In this document: one piece after another, positions 39,101 through 51,100 of the stretch
How the letters are laid out: the number at the start of each line of letters is the position of its first letter
How positions within the stretch are numbered: position 1 is the first letter of the stretch
Assembly: GCF_009834535.1 (NCBI RefSeq)
Contig: NC_045697.1
Coordinates: forward strand, 118,360,001 to 118,424,000
Direction: 5' to 3'
Length of the DNA: 64,000 nt
Source: Camelus ferus
Taxonomy: Eukaryota
Notes under the pieces: model-generated
The model's input: only the letters and a program-made list of their open reading frames with translations
The model's database searches: none
Told to the model about the DNA's origin: nothing
Position numbers and translations under genes: made by a program

Positions 39101-42100
39101 AAGGAGATGGGCTAGGTTTCCTGACTGATTCAGTGGAGAATAAGGCATGTGCTAACCTCGAAGAAGTTATAGCCTCGTATATGGAGATTGTTATGTTTAA
39201 ACACGGAACTATAATCCATTTTCCAGCAAACAGGAGAATGTGAAGACGGGTACTAGCAAACCAGGCTGTTTTAGGCAGTTCGCCAAAGGGCAACTTTTTA
39301 ATTCAATCTTTATTTGCACGCACACACACAAATACTAAATGACTGTACTTTTCTTATTTCACTTTGCATGTTAGATATGTGTGCACACTATTTTTATACA
39401 GATTCCAGCAGAACATACAAAAAATGCTTTGTCTAGGGAACTTTTCCAAAGTGGTAATTTATAGAAGTACATCCTTTGAAAAAAATTATTTTATTCTAAT
39501 ACTGTTTTCCCCAACGGCAGCCTGTGATATTTGGATTATCGACTGCCCAGGAGTGCTGGCCAGCACACTGCCGTGTGGTCAGATGAACATCGCCATCTAA
39601 GGTTTACGGCTCCCAAGACTCCTAAGAACGTCTCAGCAGCACTCCAACACAAACTTTTTACTTTTTGCTCGTTCCTGGACTTACCCGCAACTTCCAGGAA
39701 CTAAAAGCAGCGACCAGGAGAACGTTTTGAATCTTTAAATCTGTTTGTAAAATGTATGATTTCTCCTCCACCAAACCTCGGAACCTGCCACTGAGGACTC
39801 TAAGAGAAAGTCTGAGAAGCAGAAGTGAGAGATTTGGGGCTGAGCGTGCCAGGCAGGAAGTGATCTTACAAACCATGCTTGCTTCTCGGTGATTTCAATA
39901 TGCAGCTTATCCCGGCCGTACCGGGGGCACATCCCAGGCACACACCAGACGGCTAAGTGCATAGCAAATCACCACTGTTAGAAGAAAACCCAGATACCAG
40001 AGGGGAAGATAAATCAAATTCTCACTGCCTTCTCAGCTCAAAAATACTGATGTGCAGCCCAGGAAAGTTTCTATCTCGTCTGAGGATTTCCTGCTGGCTG
40101 AATAACTACACCTTCCTCTAGATCCCAGCTGTGCGACCTAAGACACATTTCCTATCCATGCCTCAGTTCAGGCATCTGTGAACTGGAGCAATATTAGCAA
40201 CTGCCTGGTACGGTGTTAACTTAATTCATATAAAGCACCTAAGAAAACTGCTTGCATTCAGTTTAGCAATCCCTTCAATCCTGCATATTTAGGGTACCCA
40301 ACAGCTGAAAAATTTCATTTTAGAGCCAAAGGCAATTTGGTCTTAAAGGATTTGCTTATTCCTTTAGAAACAGTTGAGCACCTGCAGGAAGAAAATGCAC
40401 TGTTTAATTTACTCTCACTTAGTGGCAGTCTGTGAATAAGACTGAACTGGTTCTTCTTCAAGAGGTGGTGTTAAGGACCAACAGATAGCTGAGACCCCCC
40501 CCCCACCTCCTACCCCCCCCCCACGGGGGGAATTTTACTCTTACTTCGTTTTGAGGATGGTCATTTTCCTCTCAACTCACCCGACACAGAGAACAACTCC
40601 TAATTATTGTTACCAATAATTGGAAAGTTAGGGAAATTAAGATGCCCAGGGAAGAGGAGGCGCTTTCCAGTCATCTGGGAAAAAGGTCAGTTTCTCAGGA
40701 ATTTTAAAACTCCCGCCTGATCTCTCTGTGAGATTGGCCAGGTCTCTTACTGAGTTATCGTTTATCCTTCTCAGACTGAAACAGTTCTCTTGGTTTCTTG
40801 TTTTGAGCAAACAAGGTCCCTCCTTTCTGTTTATGGATTTGTAAGAATTGTAGAGAATTAATGAAATATCCCAGCTGGGCCAGCAAAGCAGCAGATTAGA
40901 TGCAGGAGAGACCACTCAGAAACATCTGACATTTAATCATTAGTTGGAAAATGTGACTCCTTAAGCGTGTGTGTGTGTGCGCACACAGACACACGCACAC
41001 ACGCACACACACAGGCAACTCTGAGTACATGAGATTCCAGCTTTCAGAAGGAGGGCTGGCTTTAGAAGGCATGATAAAGGTAGCTTTAGGTTCAGGGCCT
41101 TAAGGTATGGTTTTGATTAGAGAGACTTAGGGTGTATGGTACATATTACTGTCAGAAGGACACGTTTTCTCTCATTTTACAATCGTAGGATAATTTCCTT
41201 AGGTTCTTTGGCCCTGACTCCCCTTCCAGGCAGGAATCTGGTGTGTCTTACTGTAACTCATCCGGTTAAGACCAAACCAAACAAAAATATGTGAAGATGA
41301 TTATTTGTCCACAGATCTGTTGAAAGTTTGTTTTGATTTATCAGTTCTAAGTGAGCCACCTGTTTTTCACACGTCTGTGCCTTTCAAAGCTAGCAAATGA
41401 TAGGTTTCCTGTATATCCCTCAAAACCGTACACTTCTTTTTTCATAAACAAAATGAAGGGTCAGTTTCTTATTTAAAATCTTGTTTGGCCTTAGGGCCGT
41501 TTCCTGTGTAGTTGACTGGTGTTCCAGCCTCCGTTGCCTTGTATTGAGCGCGTGTGCTGATTGGTTCTGTGACCAAGGATGTTAGCAGGATCTCAGCCTA
41601 GATGGACAGGGTGTGGTGTGTCTGTGGAAACCTGTCCTCGCCACTAGAATGGAATTAGACCAGAAAGTCACTCGAAAGAATAGTGATTTCCAGAAGCAAG
41701 ATACAGGACTTTTTGAGATTTAAGTGATCCAAAACCACCATTATGGAGACATAACTAGAGTCCTGTTGTCACAGCAAATAGGAGACGAAATGTTCTTGGA
41801 TATCCTGATAATTTTATTTTACTATGAAAGCAGTCTATTACTTTCAGTAGATCCCTGGTAATATCTGATTCCGTGAGACAGATTTGCTCCACATTAACCT
41901 AAGAAAATGTGAAAACATCATCTATGAATGACATTTTCTATCATCCAAAAGTTCTGTGTTTAAAGAGGGAAAAGGTAGAACATGACAGTATTTAATTGAG
42001 CATTTTTATATTAGACACTGTCATATGTGTTTTCCAAACATTATCTTATTTAATACTCACACTCTGCCGGGTCAGTATTGCCCCATTTGCAAACAAAGAC

Positions 42101-45100
42101 AATAAAGCCCGGAGAGGTTCAGTATATAGCCAAAGATCACACAGCAATGTGGTATCTGTTTATGTGGTAAGACGTTTTGGTTAGTTACAAATTTAAGAGA
42201 ATAAAGAAATCCACCGTGTGTGTGTGTGTAGACATATGAGAGAATTATGCTTTGCTCAGAATTCTTCGAGGGAGTACTTTAAATATTATTAATGGTCTTG
42301 CAGAGTTGAAAGAAGGAGGTAGAGCTGAGAGGTGGGGAGACAGGTGGGTAGAGCCCCTAGGAGTTCAGAGGATTTTTCTCTTGCCAACAAGTAACATTAT
42401 AAATATCAAGCAGTCTTGGCACAGGCTGGTGACAGCCATAAAATGACAGAAGTCACTGCACCTGAGTCACATGGAAATTCACACATGGGATTCTTCTGGA
42501 AGCTGGCCTCTGGTTGAAACAGGCATTTCACAGATTCCCTCAGTCAGGCTGAAGGAGTGTCCTTTCATTCACTGCTGACGTTTTATCATGAAAGGATTGT
42601 GAATTACGTCAAGGGTCTTTTTCTGCATCTATTGAAAATATCATATGGTTTTTCTCCCTCTTTTATTCCATCAGCATAGCGTATGATGTTGGTGATTTTC
42701 AGATGTTAAACCTACGTAGATTTTTTAATGGACCTCTCTGGGCCATGATGTATTGTCTTTTTATAAGTTGTTGCATTTGATTTGCTAATATTTTGCTAAG
42801 GATTTTACATCTGTAGTCATGAGGGCCACTGAGGTGTCATTCTCTTTCACCGAGATGTCCTGGTCTGGTTTTGAAATCAGGATTATACTAATCGCATAAA
42901 AGAAGTTGCAAAGGATTCTCTTCTTCTTATTTTCTCAAAGAATGTGTGTATGATTGGCATTATTTCTTTTTTAATTGGGTAACATTCACTCATGAAACCA
43001 TCAGGGCCTGGAGTTTTCTTTGTGGGATGATTTTCAACGAGGAATGTAGAGCCTCTCATTGCTAAAAAGCTGTTCAAGTTTCCTATTTCTTGAGTATCCA
43101 GATCTGGTCATTTGGGTCTTCCAGGGACTTGGTCCATTTCATACAGGTTATGAATCTTATTGGCATAAAGTTGTCAGAAGATTATTCTTCTAGTGCCAGA
43201 AGCATCTGCAGTAGCCCTTCTCCCATTCCTGATAGTGGTCCTTGACGTGTCTCCTCTTTCTTTTTCCTTCCTTTCTTCTTCATCACAGGAGTAGTGGGGA
43301 GAGTGTCTGGGTGCAGGGCTGCCCCGAGCTGCAGGAAGAGGGGAGACAATGGGAGCTCACCGGCCACAAACCTGCGTCTCCCCGAACAGGCCGGGCTCAG
43401 CGCTTAGTCACCAGCTGGGTGCAGCGGGTGGGGACCCCGGCCCGCTTCGTGTAGTCGTGTGATTCAGACACAGCGGTTAAGCCCCTGCGGGTGGAGGCCT
43501 GGGAGCCCATTCTCCTGACTCCACGTGCTCCCCTGGGCATTATCAAGGCCCTGCATTCCCAGTGCCTCCCCCATCACTCCACTCGCAAAGATGCCAGTAA
43601 ATACTACAGAATGAATGAGTCCTCTGAAATCCTCAGCAGTTTGCAGTTGCTGGCTTGTGTCTGTTACGTGGCCTCCTCATACCAGCTCTGTTTTTATATG
43701 TATACATCTCCTTTCCAAATTATATTCAAAGCCTTGCTTCATCAAGGTTATTTTTAAATGTGGAAAACTTGATAACTATTGATTATTTCATCAATTAGCA
43801 ACCTTTCCAGGCATGCTTAATGAGGAAAAAATAAGATTATGACAAGTCTCATTAATAATTTACTTAAAAATAAACAGCTTATTGTCATTTGCAGCAAAAT
43901 AGATGGACCTGGAGATCATCATTCTAAGTAAAGTCAGACAGAGAAAGACAAACGCCGTATGATATCGCTTATATGTTTAATCTAAAAAAAAAGATACAAA
44001 TGAACTTATTTACAGACTGGAAATAGACTTACAGACATACAAAGCAAATTTATGGTTCCCAAAGGAGAAAGGAGATTGGGGGAGGGAGAAATTAGGAGTT
44101 TGGGATTAACAGATACACACTACCGTGTATAAAATAAATAAGCAACAAAGACCTACTGTAGAGCTCAGGGAACTGTATTCAATATCTTGTAATTACCTAC
44201 AATGGAAAATAATCTGCAAAAGAATGTATATACATAGGAAAAAAAAATACAGCTTAAAGCTATCAAGGGCACGAGGCTTACACAGTGCAATCATGTATGT
44301 ATTACTAAGTCTGTCGCGCCAGGATGCACTGAGTGCAGGGAGCTCAGTGGTGATGAGACACACCAGCCTGGCCCTCATTCTGCTCACAGGCTTCTGAGAC
44401 CGACACACAGGTGCACAAGCCAACGTGGAAGAGCTGGAGTTGGAACTTACCCAGCAGGGGTGTCCTGAAGTTTCACTGACCCACGCAGTTGGTCAGTGTT
44501 AGGACATTGGGACACGTCTGTATAAAACACAAGCCTAAGGGAATTGTCACAAAACTCAAAGCTGAGAAATCCGTAAACAATGGTCCAATTTTTCCCTTGG
44601 GACAGACAAACCAGACGATCTTCCTGGGCCATTTCAAGGATGAGTGTCTTTCCCCAAGCCTTTTTACCATAAATGAACTAGGGAGCGCTATACAGCTCAG
44701 GTGGAATCAGACTTATTTATTCATTCATTTTTTTTTCATACTTTATTCATTGTGCTGGGAAACCCAAAGATAAAAATGACAACCTGTTCCAGATTCATAA
44801 TTGTTTGATCACAGGAGTGTCCACTGGGGACAACTTCCATTAGTGTCTAGTGTTTATTTGCAGTTTATTTTATTTTTCTCACTACATTAAATAAATATAT
44901 ATTTAATGTTTCAGCATGCTTGGTGAAGAGAATTATAAATGGTTAAGACGTACCTTTCCCAGCCTCAAAAATTATTCCTGAAATCAGACAGTATTTTTAA
45001 TACAAAACATTTATAAATGTAATCTGATTATTTTATATAATCTTTTACTGTGACTTGCAGGAAATAAATCAGGCTTTGACTTTTACATCTGAAAAGTATC

Positions 45101-48100
45101 TCCAAGTCAGTTACACACAAATGGCTCTGGAAAGTTAACAAGTGATATAAATCAGCGTGTTTTTTTTTCCCCCTTTTAGGAAAGCCTTAACAGACATCGA
45201 TATTTGAATTCTTTATTTCCTCGTGAAAACTCCACTGCCGTCTACGGAATAAACCAGTTTTCTTATTTGTTTCCTGAAGAGTTTAAAGGTGTGGTGCGAT
45301 GGTGGTGCTATTAGATGGTTGGGTTCCTGATTTTAACTTAAGCCCTTAGTTTTTGAGAATTGTTCAGTTGTGAATCTGGTGAATTGAGTAACATTAACAT
45401 TTATTAAACAGTAAGTGTCAAGCATGTACAGGTGCTGACAGGAAAATAAATTCATGGCCACACTCTTCAAATTACTGCTCCAGATCTAAATATTATGAAT
45501 ACGGACACTTCCCTGTGGCTCTGAGGGACAACAGCTTATCCCTTCTCCAGGTTTCTCTGCTATTTCTATTCAAGACACCATGGTTCCATGGGTTATGATG
45601 AAGCAGGTAATGTCAATTATAGTCAGTTTTATATTGACCTGTTTCTATCAAACAAGTCATTTCATGTGACAGCTCCAATCCTATTATGGAAATTTGTATT
45701 TCTTGTAGTTTTCAGCTAATCCATCTCATGTTATAGAAAAGCACAAATGGCAGATTTCATTAGCAACTTTATTGCTTCTGTAGAAAAGTTCCTCCAGAAA
45801 GAACTTCTATAATATAATGTTGATTGTCTTTTCCATGTTTATATCCAGCCATTTATTTAAGAAGCAGAGCTTCCAGATTTCCCAGATACCCAGCGGACGT
45901 GCAGAAAGCCATCCCTAACGTGTCTTTGCCGCTAAGATTTGACTGGAGGGACAAGCATGTTGTAACGCAAGTGAGAAACCAGCAGGCGGTATGTTTTAAG
46001 ATTTTTTTTTTCTTTTCTAATCATCTCAGCATGGGAGGTCACCTTTGAGGTCAAGTTCAATGAGACTTGCATTTCCGTAGGTAAAAATCACACCCCATCA
46101 GCAAAAAGTGACAGTGAAAGGAGAATCCTGCTGGAAGGAGCAGATGTCAAGGTCCTGCCTGTATTCTGAGGCAAGCCTTGCTGGCTGTTTCCCGCACTGA
46201 CACGGGGACACTGCCCCGTAGCTGTGCCAGGCCACCGAGCCTTCTGCAGACCCGCCGACAGAGGGCTGGGGGAGGCAGACTTGACTGCTAAATGCACAAG
46301 TAGTTCAAAAAGAGAACCACACCGAAAAAGTCACCTGAAATCAAATACCTTCACCACCAGAGTGCCCTGAGCCCTTGGGTGCTCATTCCTTGAGCGCCAT
46401 CAGAAAACTTAGCCCCAGCCCCACCCGGGCAGGATCACACACATTTTATCTGTGATCCTTTAAGATGCAGTCAGTCCTGCTATAATGTGACATAAATGTT
46501 CCTAAAAAATCGCCCACTGTACAAAATCCTGCAATAAGGATTGCAGGAGAAGTGAAGTCAGGGTACAGCGCCGAAAAACTGCGTGACGCTTTAAAGAAAA
46601 CACAGGAAAGTAATCCAAGTGGCAGGGCAGTTTTACACATGGTAAGCGATAAAGAAGTGAATCCGCACAGCAATAAATGCAGCCTTTTACCCTGGAGAGC
46701 GAGCCTGTGGGGGTGGGGGCGGGAGGGGCTGCAGCTTGTGAGTCCTTGTGAAGAGTCTCTGAAATCGGGAGTTTGAGATTTGCAGATACTAACTACTACA
46801 TATAAAATAGATAAGCAACAAGTTTATACTGTGTAGCACAGGGAACTAGATTCAGCATCTTACAGTAACCTATAATGAAAAAGAATATATGCATGTACAC
46901 ATATGACTGAATCACGATGCTGTGCACCAGAAATTGACACATTGTAACTGACTATACTTCTGTTTTTAAAAATGGAAGAAAAAAAGGGTGTAGGTGGGTG
47001 TGCGCCTCCCCGGTGGTGAGCCCCCTGCGCTGACAGCTGGTGGAGGGCTGGTGTGCGTGCTCTGTGCCCCCGCCAGGCACACGGAGTGTCTAGTGCTGCG
47101 GGAAGTCGGTCCCTGGACACAGGGACGTGGTCTCAACTTGTCTGCATTGGGAACTTCAATGGGTCGTTCAGCCTCCTCTCGTGAGGCCCATGTCCTAAAG
47201 CCGGCGCTTCCGTCTCGTTGGGATGATCCTTTTTTATGTCTCAGGTTCTGTACTGAATGTTGTGCATTCAATGCCACCACCAAATCATTTGCTTTATTAT
47301 TGGATTCATTATCAAATGTGTGGGAGTCTGAAACCATCCAGAAGTGCCTACGTTGTGTGGAAGGGGAACTTTTAACTAGAAATCCCTTTACTAGAGGAAG
47401 GCCCTCCTGGGTGGCTCTGGGGAGGTGACCTAACGCTAGCCATCACTTTGGTGTCAGGGTCTGCACTGACATTGCTCAAGGGGCGGAGACCCTGCAGTGG
47501 AGTCCCTGAGTGGAGGTCTTGCTCTGCTCCGGGGACAGACACACAGTACGTAAGACTACTTGAAGCCGCTCAGAACTTCACTCCACAGAGACGGCCAGGT
47601 GCCCCTCCTTTCCTGCAGCATGTGGGGTTAAGTCGGTTCTGCCCTCATCCCTGCCTTCTCTGTGACCCTTCATTCTTGCATGAAATCCCAAGGACGTTTC
47701 CTCCACCTCCCCCCTTGCTTCCAGGACCAGCACTTTATTCTTCTGGTCTTGTTTGTCCGAATTACCAGATCCAACATCAGGAAACTCGTCAGCCAGTATT
47801 TCAGGGAGGAAGGATCCGTATGGGTTTCCACTGCTGGGACGTTTCGATGCGTTCATGATGTGCCCGCGCTAGCAACTGGATAGACTGAAAACTCGTTCAC
47901 GGAGCCCTGTGTCCGTCAGATAAGGACTGCCCCGCGGGCACCTGCAGCCTCACCCCCGCCTCGCTCTCCTCCCGCCCCCGGGGGAGCTGGTGAACCGCAC
48001 AGCAGCAGTGTCAGGGTGACGCCTGGAGGGGGCGGTGGGGGGTACACTTCTTCAGGACAGAGGCCACCTGTTCAGTGACCTGATCCATTTTTGAAAAGAC

Positions 48101-51100
48101 CTCCAGTCCAAGTGTTTCCCCAGTCTCTAAAACTCACTTTGATTTTGCGTTGTCCGACTTGCAATAGCGACACCTCCCATGTACCTTTCATTTGTGACTA
48201 GATTTTGATGCTTCTAAGAGAATTTGGTTTTCTTTTCTTTTTTCCATTGGAAAATCTCCAGGGTCAGCATCTGTGCTCTGCCGGCCTCCAGACCCTGCTC
48301 GCTTGACTCGGCTCGCTCACGCGGGACGTCTAGAGACGCGGTGAGCTAGGTCTGGGGGGGCTCTGGCTGACGGGCACCGCTCTGTTTCCCCGGCCGCAGT
48401 GCGGCGGCTGCTGGGCTTTCAGCGTGGTGGCGGCCGCTGAGTCCGCGCGCGCCAGGGCGGGGCAGCCTCTGGAGGCCCTGAGTGTCCAGCAGGTCATCGA
48501 CTGTTCCTACGACAACTACGGCTGCAGCGGAGGGTCCACGCTCAGCGCCCTGAACTGGCTCAGTAAGGTGCCTGCTTTTTTAAACTGCCTGTTGCACGTC
48601 TGCTCCGAACTCAAGACAGTTCACTCTCACATACAAAGTAGTGTTTTCAGGTTCGGAAACGTAGATGAGCCAAGCTGGAGTTCATCACAAGGTTTAAGGA
48701 CAAGTCGCTTTGGTAGTTCTGGGTCTTCTGCGATTCCATGTAAATTTTAGGATTATGTGTCCTAGTTCTGTGAAACTTGTCCTGGGTGATTTGATGGGGA
48801 TCGTGTTAAATCTGTAGTGGCAGTGTGGCCATTTTAACAATATTGATTCTTCCATCCCAACAGTGTGGGATATCCTTCCATGTCTTTAAGTTTTCTCTGA
48901 TTTCCTTAATCAGCGTTTCATAGTTCTCCACATGTGTGAGTTTCGGATTAGCACATACACACTACTATATATAAAATGAACAACAAGGTCCTACTGTACA
49001 GCACAGGGAACTATATTTGATACCTTGTAATAGCTTATAATGAAAAAGAATATGAAAAGGAATATATATGTATAACTGAATCACTATGCTGTACACCAGA
49101 AACTAACACAACACTGTAAATTGACTATACTTCAATTTTAAAAATTTTAAAAACGGGGAGGGTATAGCTCAGTGGTAGAGCGCATGGTTAGCATGCACGA
49201 GGTCCAGTGTTCAATCCGCAGTACCTCCTCTAAAAATAAGTAAATAAATAAACCTAATTACCTCCCTCTCTCCTGCAAAAAATAAAATAAATAATTTTTT
49301 TAATTTTAAAAACAAATAAAAACATTAGATTATGATATTCTACAGCAGGAAAAAAAATGAAAAAAAAAAAAAAGAATCACTTCTGGGCAGGTCAGCCATG
49401 GAGAAATCAAAATGTGAAAATCTTACCTGAAGTCTGTTTTCAGAAAATTATTTAACATTGCTTAATAAATGCTTTTTTGCAGATATATAATAATGCATAA
49501 TGACCCAGAAAGATGAGGGTGTATGATTATTCAGCTCCATAGGATTTCTGATTAAGGTTAATGTTAAGGTTAAGGTTCTGAAAATTGAGGTTAAAAGGGG
49601 CACTGGAGATCAGCGAAACGCGCAGCTCTTTATGGAGATGTGGAAATGAGCCCTGAGAGGTGAGGTCCTGTTGCCAAGCCAGTAGCTGAGACGGAAATGC
49701 ACCCTGGCCCTCTCCCCTCCTCGTCTCCGGGGGCTTTACCCAGGTACACTCTGTGACATCCTCCAGGATTCAGCGTCAACTGGGTGAGACCACAGAGAGG
49801 GTGCTAGTAGGTTGTGTAGACAGGGTCCTCCACACCAACATCCTTCCCCACGCACCCACTGTGTTCACGTCCCCACACACCAGGAGCTGCTCTGTGTGTC
49901 ACGGGCGGCAGCGCGTAGTGCGCCCCTCACTCCCGTAAGCCCAGCGTTTGGAGGGGAGGATGCTGGCTGGACAGCTCTGAACTTCGTGGTCCACGCCAGA
50001 CGCAGGAGCAGAGGGAGGTGGAGAGAAGGATGCTTGTGGGGTGGAGTGAGCCTCAGTGGTGGCCGGCGGGCGTGGGTGACACTGTTGCACCTGATCAGTA
50101 GATCGGAGGTCCTAGGAAAACGAGGCTCAGGAGAAACAGGAGCAAAGGACAAAGAAAGACATCGAGGTTAATTACCTAGGACGTCCACAAAAAACACCGA
50201 AAGCTTGACTTTATAAGATGTTAGTAACTCCAGGAATACCCACATGACGAATGTGGCCAAGCGGAATCTTACTTCACACGTTGTAACAAGTTCTGTTTCA
50301 TTTTTAAAGCAGCCTTGTGACGGAGGATATGTGCGGTGATTGTTTTCCTTTAGATGCAAGTAAAGCTGGTGAGCGACTTGGAATACCCGTTTACAGCCCA
50401 AAACGGCCTGTGCCGCTACTTTCCAGCTTCACATTCTGGATTTTCAATCAAAGGTTATTCCGCGTACAACTTCAGGTATGTGTCTTCTTCTGTTGTGTTC
50501 TTCTCCGTGTTTCTTAATTTATTTTCTGTAGACTGTTTGGAATTAATAACTTTATTGACTGCATCACTGCGTACCCTTAATTGTTTTAAAACCGACTTTT
50601 TACTGGAGACGAATTGGTGATCACCACAGAGTTCTAGAGATGCCGTTTCTTAAATGCAATCTAATTATTTTCCCATGGATCATTACAAATAGAAACAGCA
50701 AACTTAAAGTCACACATTTAAATCCAGTTTAAGGCATAATTGACATTTACATCTCTTTCCAAATTTAAGTGTCCCGGTTACCCTTAGCATGTTTCAATCT
50801 TACTCTTGAATCAACAAAAATCACTTTGTGTGGACACTAGCTAATGCCAGGCAGTCTGCTTACCAAGAGCCCCCTGTATTGCTGGCATCTTTCAAGTCAC
50901 CAGCTGGGAGAAAGGCGTAAACTGAAGTTCTCCTCCCAGGGCCGAGTGGGGAGAGCATGCTGAGGGGTCAACGAGGTCATGCACCCAGAAGCATGAGATG
51001 ATGCAGGGGTCAGGGGGACTGGAGAGGAAGAGGACCGCGGTGGGAACCTGAAGGTCACGGTGACTCTGGACAGGCTCAGGGAAAATAAACACTAGAAAAT

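Noticed and set aside
49155..49227. tRNA-Ala-like gene
   Set aside because: The acceptor and T stems are degenerate, an A-rich SINE tail follows, and a second diverged copy lies at 11243. It is a SINE, not a functional tRNA.
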